From NCBI GenBank assembly GCA_025786725.1, contig JAHLTZ010000026.1, forward strand, positions 331,129-395,128: a DNA stretch of 64,000 nucleotides. Direction: 5' to 3'. The DNA comes from Syncephalis fuscata S228. Lineage: Eukaryota > Fungi > Zoopagomycota. Each line of letters starts with the position of its first letter. The first letter of the stretch is position 1. A program made the position numbers and the translations under genes. The notes under the pieces are model-generated. The model did no database searches, was not told the origin of the DNA, and was given only the letters and a program-made list of their open reading frames with translations. Below are positions 52,510 through 64,000 of this stretch, one piece after another.

Positions 52510-54660
52510 ATGGCAAGTTACCCACAGCGTTCGATGGGAGCCAGTGATGGTCGACAGCCTTCGCGCCAGCCTACATTAAGTACTAGCTCGTCTGCGGGAC
52601 AAGGTCGACCACTTCCCAGCCACCAAGGACAGCAAGGTGCAGTAAAAAATGAACAAGGTTATACACCGCAACAAGAACAACGCTACAAAGAATTGCTACG
52701 ACAAGAACAGCAGCTACAACAACTACAACAGTCCAAGTCACTTTCTGCACTGAACGGTGGTGCGTCTACCGCTGATAATACAGCAGCTTCTGGTCAGGGT
52801 ATTCGGCGGTCGACCAAGTCAATTCGTCGTCTTTCTGCCTATCGTCCAGGTGCTAGTCACCCTCCTATGGACGATGAGTTGATGAGCGGTGTTAGCAATA
52901 GTAGCACATCGTCAAATCTGTTGGGTGTAGGCGCAGCAACAAAAAAAGATCTACCATCTATACCGGTATCATCGGGCCGTCCATTGCCTAACGTATCTAG
53001 TAGTCAAGATGGTCAATTAGCTAGAAAAGGTAGTTTTGAAAATACCGCATCTTTAGAACAAGGTAGCAATTCATCACATAGCACACCACGTTCTGCACCT
53101 GGATCACGTAAAAATACGTTAAATGATGGTAAATAGCAACGCTACATAATTATTATGTAATTAATCCAATTAATCCAATCAACAATGAATTAATAGGTTC
53201 ATCAGCACCCAATGCACCACGTTCATTGTTTCTTCAAGTTGGTAGAGAAACGAAGCGAGTGGCTTTTCCAACTGAAGCATTGAGTTTGGAATTAATTAGA
53301 AAGATGTTTAAAGATCGTTTTGCACGATTAACTGCTATGAGTGGACCATTAACTATTCAAATACGTGATCCATCCATTGGTGTATTTTATTTATTGGAAA
53401 CTATGTCAGACATACGTGATAAAACTGTATTACGTGTTCGTGTTCCAGGTAAGCTATTAATATATATATTAATTAATTAACAAAATATTGTATTTAGACG
53501 ATGATCCATTGGAACTGTTACGTAACAGAGTAGATCTTGGATTCACAGGTGTTGCTGCATCAATTACTGATTTGCGTACATCTATTGCAAAGCAGCATAA
53601 CTTGTCGAAAGAATTAAAAACATCTCAAGATAGTTTAGTACTTAGTCAACAACAACAACAAGAAAAGCTTGAACAGTCATTGACACAGTTGGAACAATTA
53701 CAACAACAGGTAGACACGATTAAATTGGATGAAAAGACTGCACCAGCTTCAGCTGATAATATACCTAAAGGTGTAAACACAAGCGCTGAAATAAAAGGAC
53801 TGCAACGCGATTTACGCTCACTTCAAGATGAGCTAGGATCTGTTCGTCGTGCTTATGACTTGTTCCGCAAAGATACTGTGGACGTAGTTGAAACGCTAGA
53901 AAAACAATGTGCAGAACTTCGAACTGCACTTGATAATGAACGTTTACGAACATCTGGATCAGCTCGAGCCTTTATTACTGAAGGCCAAACCATTATGGAT
54001 GCACGCACAGAAACAGTGGCCAGTAAAATTGAAGATGCAGAGGATATTTGCAACGCTATTAAGCTTGATTTAACACAACGGCGTTCAATGCCTAGTGAAG
54101 CACATATGAAAGCAGTGCGTGAAGCACTATCGATGGCTGATAAAGAACTTACCTCGCTCAACGACATGCTAGAAGAGACACGGCCAAAGTGGAAGACTGC
54201 CTGGGAGAAGGAGCTGCAAGCTGTACTTAATGAACAACAGTTTCTTAAAGAGCAAGAAGAACTGCTACTTGATCTGCATGATGACTCTACTCGACTAACT
54301 GAGCTATTTGACCAGTTGCAACAGGTAGCAAAACTACAATCTCGCCAAGGGCTGCGTAAACAACCCAACCTTCAAGTGTTATCGGCTGAAGAAGGCTTTT
54401 TACAACTTAATCAAGTAATGCAAGAGATTACTTGTATAGAGCCCGACTCCAATCGTCGTTTGCAAGCATTGGAACAAGCAGAACGGCTACGCAAACTTGA
54501 ACTTGATCAGAAAGTGGATGAATTCGAGGAAGAACTGGGCAATTTTGTGGCCGAAAAGAAACTACGACCTACTGGCGGTGTTGAAGAAGCAGAGCGTCGA
54601 CGTGAAGAAAGACAGAAAGAAGCCATCCGGGCCATGCTTGCTTCAATGGCTGATAGATGA
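52510..54660 (+). CDS. BUD6: Bud6/Aip3 actin-interacting polarisome protein; 3 exons
   Basis: LFLQVGRETKR..LIRKMF, IQIRDP..GVFYLLE, RPKWKTAWEKELQ...EQQFL and FEEELGNFV..KKL..TGGVEEAER. Confidence 0.88.
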
Positions 54661-54952
54661 AGTTGGTCATTGTTATACTTTGTTGTATGTAATAATTTTG
54701 ACTGTAAATCAATAATGATTCATTTATACTAATTATAATATTTACTATGTTTATAAAATGTGTACTATTGATTGTGTATTATTTAGTGTGTGTGTTAAAC
54801 AGCAGCTAACTAAATGGATGACGTACACTGCTATTTCCATTTACCATTCCTGTTATCGCCATTACTCACTTCTATTCATCTCTGCTGTTTCCACCTTCGT
54901 TTTTAGCCAGTTAAACTATTTCTATACTGTTGGACCAGTAATTGTTTAAATC

Positions 54953-56167
54953 ATGAGCGCCATCGGTACCGGTGTAAGTGCGATGTACAAGTCTACGCCA
55001 TATCTATAACTTACATTCTATCTGGCAGTACGATCTGTCGGCAAGTACCTATTCGCCAGACGGCCGCATCTTTCAGATCGAATATGCTACCAAGGCCGTC
55101 GACAATAGCGGGTAAGGAGTATAGGTCAAGGCAATGCATTAGCCAACTAACCATCAATAACTAGCACGGCTATTGGTCTCCGTTGTAAGGATGGTGTTGT
55201 TTTAGCGGTCGAGAAGCTTGTTCAGTCAAAATTGATGGTGCCTGGATCTAATCGCCGTATTCTTGCTGTGGACCGACATACCGGCATGGTAAGTGTAGAT
55301 GGGTGGGCTAGTTAGTAATATGGCTTATAATAAATATAATGGATGATAGGCAGTTGCCGGTCTATTGGCCGATGGACGTCATGTAGTTAAAAGAGCGCGC
55401 GATGAAGCTGAAAGCTACCGTGACATTTATCGCGTACCTATTCCTGGCAAGGTTAGTTATCATTGTCTAATTGATTGATAAAATACAATTTGTGTTAACT
55501 GTCATGCCATATCATGTAGATGTTGACCGACCGTATTGGTCAGTATGTTTCCATGCACACACTATACTCGAGTGTACGTCCATTTGGCAGTGCTCTATTG
55601 GTGGGCGCAGTAGATACCCATGGGCCACAGCTATTCCTTGTGGAGCCATCAGGTGTTTACTGGGTAAGTGCGATGATATTAAGACTAATATTTAAGCGAG
55701 CGCAGTATTAATCGGCCATTTAACTGTTCAGGGCTACGCCGGATGTGCCATTGGCAAAGGAAAACAAGTGGCAAAAGCAGAAATTGAAAAACTAAAACTT
55801 GATGAATTAACAGTCGAGCAAGGTGTAAAGGAAGCTGCTCGCATGTAAGTATTTATTTAATAATAAAAATGTAATCATAGCTGGTGTTAATTAATTTGTT
55901 ATTTAGTATTTATGCGGCACATGATGAAAATAAAGACCGCGAGTTTCAGTTGGAAATGAGTTGGATTCCCGTGTCAAATGGCGGTCGTCATCAGCCAGTG
56001 CCATCAGAAATTCAAGAAGCAGCTGAACAATATGCCAAGGCAAGTAGAAAAAGCAATATATACATAGAATAAAAATGCGCTGTTATGTTATACTGATGAC
56101 TGAACTGTTGATATAGGATGCATTACTAGGCGACGATATGGACGACGATGACGACGATGAGGTCTAA
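54953..56167 (+). CDS. PRE10: 20S proteasome subunit alpha 7; multi-exon
   Basis: [46 protein letters not shown] and [16 protein letters not shown]; last intron is GC-AG. Confidence 0.97.
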
Positions 56168-58283
56168 TCTTGAATGCACAGCCAGGCTACTCGTATACAA
56201 TTGTTGTTTTGTCTGTTAACAATGTGCTTCTTACACTCTTATAAACTGAACAAAATATCATTCATGAAGCTAGAGAGAGAAAGAGAGGATATGTTAAGAG
56301 ACTGAACTATGTATTGTTTTTATTGTGTTTTGATATGAATCATTTGAGTAGTCAAAGAAAGTGTAGAAATATTAGAGACAACAAAATGATTTACCTAATG
56401 AAATATAAATGTATAGAATGCATGAACAATATAGCTATAATATATGTGACTGAATAAGCACAATGAATGAACGTGTAAAAATACAACTAGCAATAAATAA
56501 TCGGTTTTTTATTAATAATGCATAATTAATGTATAATAGAACGAATATACAGCATGTTGCGAATAATAGAAAGTAATACTGTGCTGGTAGTTTAGTAAGT
56601 AAATGGGTCAAGATTGATAGCTAAGGCAAATAAGTATCCAACAGGCAATGATTTGAACAGAACGTTGCTACTATATTATAAAGTGAGACTCGAAGAATGA
56701 AAAGCAAAGGGAAGGAGAGAAATAAATAAGGCGAAGTTAAAAAATAAGGACACTATGAATTAGAGGATAATGGATAAAGCAGCTAACAATAAGCAAAAAT
56801 AGCTTCAAGTTGCTATATAACAATAATATTTGTATAATAACAGCAACTGGCCAAATATAATAATGCTACAGCAAAGGGAATTGAGTAGCATGTCAATAAT
56901 ACTGCCATTATTTTTGTTAAATAAAATAAAATAGATTTATGAGTATAGTAACGTTATATATTTAGTTTTAATGACGCAACATCACTATTATGACTATCAA
57001 GTGTGTACAAATACAGAAATCTACATGTATTTTATAATTACAGATTTACATACGACTATCTATACCTAATGTAATACGGCATCTACAAAGCCATATTAAT
57101 TAATTTCAATAATTAATGAATAGCTATTTTACTAAAGAATAGTAGATGAATTATAGATTCGAAGCTACTGTACTTTGACTCCCTATCTTTAAACTGAAAG
57201 TTAAAAAGATTCATAACTCAAGTAAGCCGTTGATCAATTTTAATACTGAAAAGTGATTTGTTGAAGTAATGCTACATCAACTCCGATTGAATCAATCAGT
57301 CATAGTTAATTTGCACTATTTTCAATATTAAAATAGATATTAAATAGTAGTTTCATGTCGCTTACAATAAAATATAATAAATAAATGTTAATCCATATCA
57401 TTGCTACTGTAAAGTATTCAAAGCATTATAATTTGCTTATTTAATAGCACTCACCATTTAGTTCCATGTTTAGTAGAACAACAATGTGTAGTTCAATCAA
57501 GTAAAGAATGTCAATTTCGATCTTTTGACACTGAATCACCTTAGTCTATGTATTAATTATTAGATTGGAGTTATTCTATTTTAACTTTCATATCTTTTCT
57601 TTATCCATTTCACTTCCCTTTTCTTACCACTTTTAAATACAATTAAACACTCATTTATCAGTGTGACATGTATAATATTACATCCAACATTAATTAATTC
57701 ATGTTTAATTATTAATACAATGACGTAATTACTTAGTTATCTTGATTATTGCTTTAACATATATATATATTGTCATTTATTTAGTCAAATTGGCTATAGG
57801 GAAATAGCTGTTTTACTAAAGAATAAATGACAATAATAAGATTTCATTAAATTAAAAGATTAAAAGCCATTCACCCCGTATGTGACTGGTATAGCTTTTG
57901 CATTTCTTTGCAACAATCTCCTACGCTTGTCCCTCCATAATTTGTCATTGTTTGTATGGGCTAGTATATTGGTGCAACACCTTTGGTGCCTAAAAAGGTT
58001 CCTTCGACTTTTGAATTCGCCTATTACTATTTTGATACAAAAACATGTGGTCACTGTCTAAAATAAGTCAATCTGTTACTTGGAAATTGTACGCTTTTAG
58101 TAGATGAATTAAAGATTTAAAGAAATTTACCGCGCACAGCACCTCCTCTAAATTATTTCAATCTCTCCTAATTGCTCGTAGCTTTAATTTTTTTAACGAA
58201 AACTCTAATAATTATATTCGCCATCTAATTTCTATTATATCTATTGCATAATTTACCATTTGCCACTTGCGCTAATTAATCTA

Positions 58284-61094
58284 ATGGCACCCGAAGCTAA
58301 TTCAAAGGCTTTGTTTCCCAATGCTATGGGCAGTGCTATCCGGGAGATGCACAACGTTAACCGAGATAAGCAACGTAGCATTCGAATAACCATCGAAAAT
58401 CATCACTCAACGCTTCGACTATCGGGTGCACGATTTGATTGTCAGGGAAGCAGCTGCAAAGAAGTACCAAGTCATGTCGTTGATTCGTGCCATGAACAAA
58501 CAACGCAGATTGTGTCTGTAATGCCTAACACTGCGTGTAGTGGCTATATAATCTACCGGATGCTTGATCATGCACCGGCTCTGCCCCATGAAATGGAGTT
58601 ATTCGTTCTTATTATCTGGGATGTTCCCATTGTAGGCACCAACCGATATCTGCTTGAAATCCTACAAGCCTCGCCTGGAACCCATTTACTACGCCAAGAT
58701 AATACTGTGCAGGAAATCATAGACTATAGGCGTAGTCATCGACTCATGGCAGCTACACATGCCCAATCTCAAGGCTGGAGTGTTGCGGATAAGGCCTTTA
58801 TGGCTATTGCTGCCATGACCAATACAATTAATGCAAAATTGGAGCTACGTATTACAAACGTTCCGGATGGCTCTTCGAAGCTGCTTGATGCACCTGAACA
58901 CGTCCAGTCTACGGGGTAAGCTGTACACGATCTAATTGAGACAATATGTCGTTAACTCAGTATGTATCAACATTAATCTTTATTAGCGAGTCGATCGATT
59001 GGGGCTTTAACATTGACCCCATATCGCCTAAGCCAGTACTACGAAATGGTAAGAAATAGATCGACTAATAATAAACAAAAAGCACAGTCACGTATGCAGT
59101 AAACTAATCCAGAACATCCTGTCGCACTGTCCTTTAGACTCCTGTTGTGGCATGCTAAAGAGGGCAAACATGGTTGTACAGCTGAATAACCAAACCGACC
59201 GAATGTATCTGAAAAATGCTCGACTGTGTATTAAAGAGGGGAATTCAATAGCCCATACGTTTCATGATGTTGCACCGCAAGATCAAGTGTTGATACCATT
59301 TACTGCCCATCGTAAACTAAAAGGCTGTCTCGTCTACGAGATCACTACGCAACAAGCGGTGAAGGCTGATGCGATTGCTGTAGACACAGCTGCTGCCTAT
59401 CGTAACCATTGTCTATTTTTATTGATTGCGTGGTCTACTCATCCACGCAAAGGCAATCGACTCTGTGTTGATGTCGTGCGCGCGCGATGTGATATATTTC
59501 CTGGTACTGATCAACAATTATCGCAGTTTTACGATGCTTACATTCGCTACCTGCTGGGCTCGACGACACGGCCATCAATCTGGCAATTGGCAAACGGCGA
59601 TCGTATTAAAATTACGTCGTTTATTGATGCTGGGCTACATGACGTCGTTCTACTGCTGGATATTGGCGATGTTACGCTTGATTTGGCCCGTGCTGAAGCA
59701 CCATTATTCCTTCCAAATCTTGGCATTGGGTAGGTTATTAGGTATTATAATAATAACGACAACGCTAATAGGAATGGCAATTGATGCAATAACACGCGAT
59801 AATAGTGTCACAATGAATAACTCGCTGGCCGATGTGACCGAACGATTTGCGCAACGCGCGCATTGGAAACAACAACAGTTGTTATTAATTGTTGAAAATA
59901 CCCATCATAACTTAACACTTACGCCGATATGGCCCATTGAAAATATTGACCAACAAATAAGCCAGGGACGTCACGAGCTAAAAATGTTGAATCGTGCACG
60001 ACTCCACTGGGCAACTGAGGGCATTCGGATTTATCAGATTATTATGCGCAACTCAAAGACTGCCAGTCCTAATATTATTTATTTCTTAGTTGTACGTGCG
60101 CGCGACACAGAGCTTAGTGTTGGAATTATGGCTGCCTGGGCTTCCGCTTATTTGGAAAGCTCGATCGATATGGATTCCATTGTTAACTGTGTACGTATGG
60201 TGCCGAACATGGACCGTTTACCGATGGCTCGACACATTCAGCAAGATATTCAACTAAACAACGGAACCGCCTTTCAACTGACGGCATTTCGTAATCCCAC
60301 TATGCCATTTACCCTTACACTGACCATAGGTCATGCAAGTAGCAATCAGGTAAACAAAACAGCCATTTACGTAGTATATATTGTTTATCATTATACCATT
60401 ACATAGATACAAAACTGGCCAGAGCAGCGTACATTCGCTATACCAGCTGGTAAGTTATAACTTGCAGCTAGCATTAAAGCTAATCGTTTATATTATAGCT
60501 GGTTTATGGCGACCTTTACAGGGACATATTAACTCACCGATTCCACCACAATTACGCGTTACAATGCTTAACGATGAAAGTGGATTGCAGCTGGGACATT
60601 CGCAGGTGTTCAGTGTTGGTTATCAATTAGCAGCAATACCTGAAAAAACCCAGTTGCCCATAACAAAATCGGTTTTTAACTTTAAATCCCTTCCGGCCAA
60701 TGAAGAGCGAAGTATTTATATATTCCACACTTTACTTGACACGTTCAGTGCATTTAAAATATGGTTTTCTGTACAAGCAAGGGGCGATTTATTAAGTTTC
60801 CACGCTAAATGTAGACTGGATGAACAAGAAATGGCGACTTTGGAATCTACAATGTCTAGGTCAATGTGCACGGCGACGGCACTGCCTGGCAATGATCAGT
60901 CCAATAATTCAGTGGCTGTCTTTAGTCAGCCAGACGGCCAAGCATTTTATGTTGCACTTTGTATTGGCCGCAATTTGAATGGCAATCGAACTGAATTGAT
61001 CATATGCTGTGCCGATCAACGTGAAAAAGTAGAAGCTTGCGTGCAAGCATCGAATGAACATCTGCGTTCGTCAGTAATGGAGGTGCAAGAGTAA
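58284..61094 (+). CDS. Unknown protein with ~4 tandem actinoporin/aegerolysin-like beta-sandwich domains; multi-exon
   Basis: Repeated pattern (I/V)x(I/L)xN...LxL...G(Y/C)(I/L)(I/V)Y...LFxLIxW...GxN in successive ORFs. Copies 3-4 are more diverged. Confidence 0.5.
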
Positions 61095-62244
61095 CGACAA
61101 TTAACTTTAGTTTTATTTTAATGTAAAATCCGTATTATACCGCGCCTATCTGGACGTCATTCTATGCTGACTTTTATAAGCTATTATAATTATGGTGGGC
61201 GAACGCGGAAAATATCTACAAATGGATGAAAAAGCTATCGCGATCACTTACGATGTGAATAATATTTTAATTTTAAGTTTAATGGGATGTTTATGTTTTT
61301 GTTTTATGTAAAAATATAATATATATTGTTTGACAACCATTACATTGCGATTTCGTATTGCAATATAATTACCATGCTGGAGTACATCATATACTTTGCG
61401 TTTTAATTTAGCAATCGGAATGTTGTTTAGTATTTTAATTTTACACTTGTTAATTTGTCAAAAAATAATCAACATAAATGAATTTAACAAGATCATTTTA
61501 ATAAAAAAGGACAATAATTTACTGTGTTACCATATTTAGTAGTATAAATTAATTAAAATTTTGGAGCTAATGTACTTTAAATAAACTTTTCTTCATATTA
61601 TTGTCGTTGCTTGCCATTTATATAAAATATAACTAGTAGTTGAATACTTTCTATTGAGCTATAAATTCTTATTAAATATGATGCTGAATGGGAGTAGTAT
61701 CAAGTATTGAATTATTAAATTAAAAATATCTTATCGTCAGTATATAATAAAATAGTATATATATATATCAGCATCATCATCACCCTTGCATATTCATATA
61801 TATATACTATTTTATTATATACTTGTATCGTATTAATAAAAAGCTGTTTATTTATTACTGCGTGTATTTATCATACATTTTAATTTATTCCATTCAATGT
61901 ACTCTACTTACAGTCATATACACATTATAGATGTACCATTATTATATTACTACTGGTATAATTACTAGTATTATTGCTGCTATTAGTTATGCTGTTTGTA
62001 GGTTGTAATTTGGTTTGTTTAATCGTATACACATTATAATTGCTAATATACATAGATATTTACCAAACTCGATATTTTTATTGACAAGGAAATCTACACA
62101 CTCTGCGTCAACACAGTAACGTGTATAGGATGCATTGTCGTATAAACTGCAAATAAAATGTAAAATGTAAAGTGGATGGGCAGCTATTGTAATGTTGTGA
62201 AGAAGAGAGGATTGGTAAAGATGTCAACAATGTTGTATTAGTAT

Positions 62245-64000
62245 TTAGTCGACCTCTTCCATCTTGGACTCGGCATCCGCAAGCTCTGGCATCTCTTCAT
62301 CGGCCACCTCTTCTGGTGCTTCGGTGTCATCGATGGATAGACCAAGCTTGATCATGCGGTTGATACGGCCAGCAAATGCGGATGGGTCATCAAGGGAGAA
62401 GCCAGAGGCCAAAAGGGACGTTTCGTAGAGCAAATGGGTAAGATCCTTGACGGTCTTGTCGTTCTTGTCGGTGACCACGCGATCCTTAAGGGCCTTGATG
62501 ATTGGGTGGGATGGATTGAGCTCCATAGTCTTCTTGGAGGCCATGTAGGAGGACATGGATGAGTCGCGAAGAGCCTGGGCACGCATAATACGTTCCATGT
62601 TGGCTGACCAGCCAAATTGGCCGGTAACCAACACGCAAGGTGAGCTGACAATACGAGAGCCGACAGTAACCTTCTCAACCTTGTCGCCCAAAATCTCCTT
62701 AACGGCAGCGCACAATGGCTCCAAGGCTGTCTTTTCCTCCTCGAATCGCTTCTTTTCCTCCTCGTCCTCCTCTAGCTCTAGGCCTTCCTTGGTGACAGAC
62801 ATAAGCTTTTTGCCTTCGTATTCGCGCAATTGCTGGACGCAGTACTCGTCGATTGGATCAACCATGAATAGTACTTCAAAGCCACGCTTCTTCAATGCCT
62901 CAAGGAATGGCGAGTTTTCAACAGCTTGGCGGGACTCGCCAGTGATGAAATAGATGTTCTTCTGCTTCTCTGGCATACGTGTGACGTAGTCCTTCAAAGA
63001 AGTAGCCTCATCGCCAGACTTGGTCGAGTGGAAGCGCAATAATTCGGCCAACTTGCCACGGTTCTGTGCATCTTCGTGGATACCGAGCTTGACGTTCTTG
63101 CCAAAGGCTTCGTAGAACTTGTTGAAGTTTTCCTTGTCCTCGGCAATTTCAAAGAACATATCAATGCATTTCTTGACAATGTTCTTGCGAATGACCTTAA
63201 GAATCTTGTTTTGTTGCAATATTTCACGCGAAATATTGAGTGGAAGGTCCTCGGAGTCGACAACGCCCTTAACAAAGTTAAGCCATTCAGGAATAAGATC
63301 TTCACAGTCATCCATGATGAATACACGGCGGACGTACAACTTGATGTTGTTGCGCTTCTTCTTGGTCTCAAACATGTCGAATGGCGCACGTTTTGGTGTA
63401 TAAAGAATAGCACGGAATTCAAGCTGTCCTTCAACAGAGAAGTGCTTAACAGCCAATGGGTCCTCCCAGTCGTTGGTCAATGCCTTGTAGAATGCATCGT
63501 ATTCTTCAGTCTTGATATCATCTGGATTACGCGTCCACAATGGCTTAGTCTTGTTAAGCTCCTCTTCTTCAGTCTTGGTCTCCTTGACTGTCTTTGTCTT
63601 CTTCTTCTTCTCCTTGGCCTCTTCTTCTTCGTCAATCTCTTCAATCTTGGCGCTGTCTTCGGCCTTTTCAGCGTCGACTTCCTCCTCTTCTGCTTCGTCG
63701 TCAGTAACTTCAGTTTCGGTTTCCTTGGTCACAACGAGCTGAATTGGGTAGCCAATAAATTCAGAGTGCTTCTTGACAATCTCCTTAATTTTGGCCTCTT
63801 CAACGTACTCGACCTGGTCCTCCTTAAGGAAAAGCTTGATGGCGGTACCACGGCCGAGTGGCTCGTTGACGGTATCGAGTGTAACGGTGAAAGAGCCACC
63901 AGCAGCAGATTCCCAAATGTATTGTTCGTCATCGTTGTGTTTGGTGATGACTTGGACACGGTCGGCCACAAGGTAGGCAGAGTAGAAACCAACACCGAAT
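62245..64000 (-). CDS. HSP90: Cytosolic Hsp90 (5' end outside window); no introns in the visible part
   Basis: [36 protein letters not shown] and C-terminal MEEVD; strong codon bias. Confidence 0.99.
   Translation of the reverse strand, partial: FGVGFYSAYLVADRVQVITKHNDDEQYIWESAAGGSFTVTLDTVNEPLGRGTAIKLFLKEDQVEYVEEAKIKEIVKKHSEFIGYPIQLVVTKETETEVTDDEAEEEEVDAEKAEDSAKIEEIDEEEEAKEKKKKTKTVKETKTEEEELNKTKPLWTRNPDDIKTEEYDAFYKALTNDWEDPLAVKHFSVEGQLEFRAILYTPKRAPFDMFETKKKRNNIKLYVRRVFIMDDCEDLIPEWLNFVKGVVDSEDLPLNISREILQQNKILKVIRKNIVKKCIDMFFEIAEDKENFNKFYEAFGKNVKLGIHEDAQNRGKLAELLRFHSTKSGDEATSLKDYVTRMPEKQKNIYFITGESRQAVENSPFLEALKKRGFEVLFMVDPIDEYCVQQLREYEGKKLMSVTKEGLELEEDEEEKKRFEEEKTALEPLCAAVKEILGDKVEKVTVGSRIVSSPCVLVTGQFGWSANMERIMRAQALRDSSMSSYMASKKTMELNPSHPIIKALKDRVVTDKNDKTVKDLTHLLYETSLLASGFSLDDPSAFAGRINRMIKLGLSIDDTEAPEEVADEEMPELADAESKMEEVD

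Noticed and set aside
56200-57850. Search for further micro-exon arrays in AT-rich spacers (also 25700-26700 and 61100-62200)
   Set aside because: Only isolated AG-N(3-4)-GT matches, with no periodicity and no leader exon.
57860-58054. Zinc-finger-like fragment FKSRRNLFRHQRCC
   Set aside because: Isolated, lacks a proper CxxC and has no supporting exons.
62352-63995. Overlapping and antisense ORFs on HSP90 (also on BUD6, SRP40 and the MAPK)
   Set aside because: Shadows of strong codon bias or low-complexity coding sequence.

Overview
Gene-dense, AT-rich eukaryotic DNA with short GT-AG introns (mostly 45-90 nt, CTAAY branch points). It is most consistent with an early-diverging fungus; a Zoopagomycota/Syncephalis-like mycoparasite is my inference from gene content. 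About 27 intron-split housekeeping genes can be reconstructed, including OXR1/TLDc, STT4, SmD3, dynein LC8, uL23m, UTP15, Fus3/Kss1 MAPK, RPB9, NDUFA1, HAUS5, centrin, XLF, mitochondrial AsnRS, FN3K, SmD1, SPC19, RRG7, HNT2, SRP40, BUD6, PRE10 and partial HSP90. The ORF track misses several of them. Scattered 1-bp indels in essential genes suggest assembly errors. The main unexpected signal is a family of three small secreted-peptide loci (5.7, 29.8 and 38.2 kb). Each has a 94-nt signal-peptide exon (93 nt as assembled at 38.2 kb). In two of them it is followed by a chain of 3-nt micro-exons, roughly one intron per codon. Also notable: a shared structured RNA motif in the first introns of SmD1 and SmD3, a four-domain actinoporin/aegerolysin-like protein, a secreted pseudokinase, and at least six GC-AG introns. 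Gene models were spliced by eye and need RNA confirmation.
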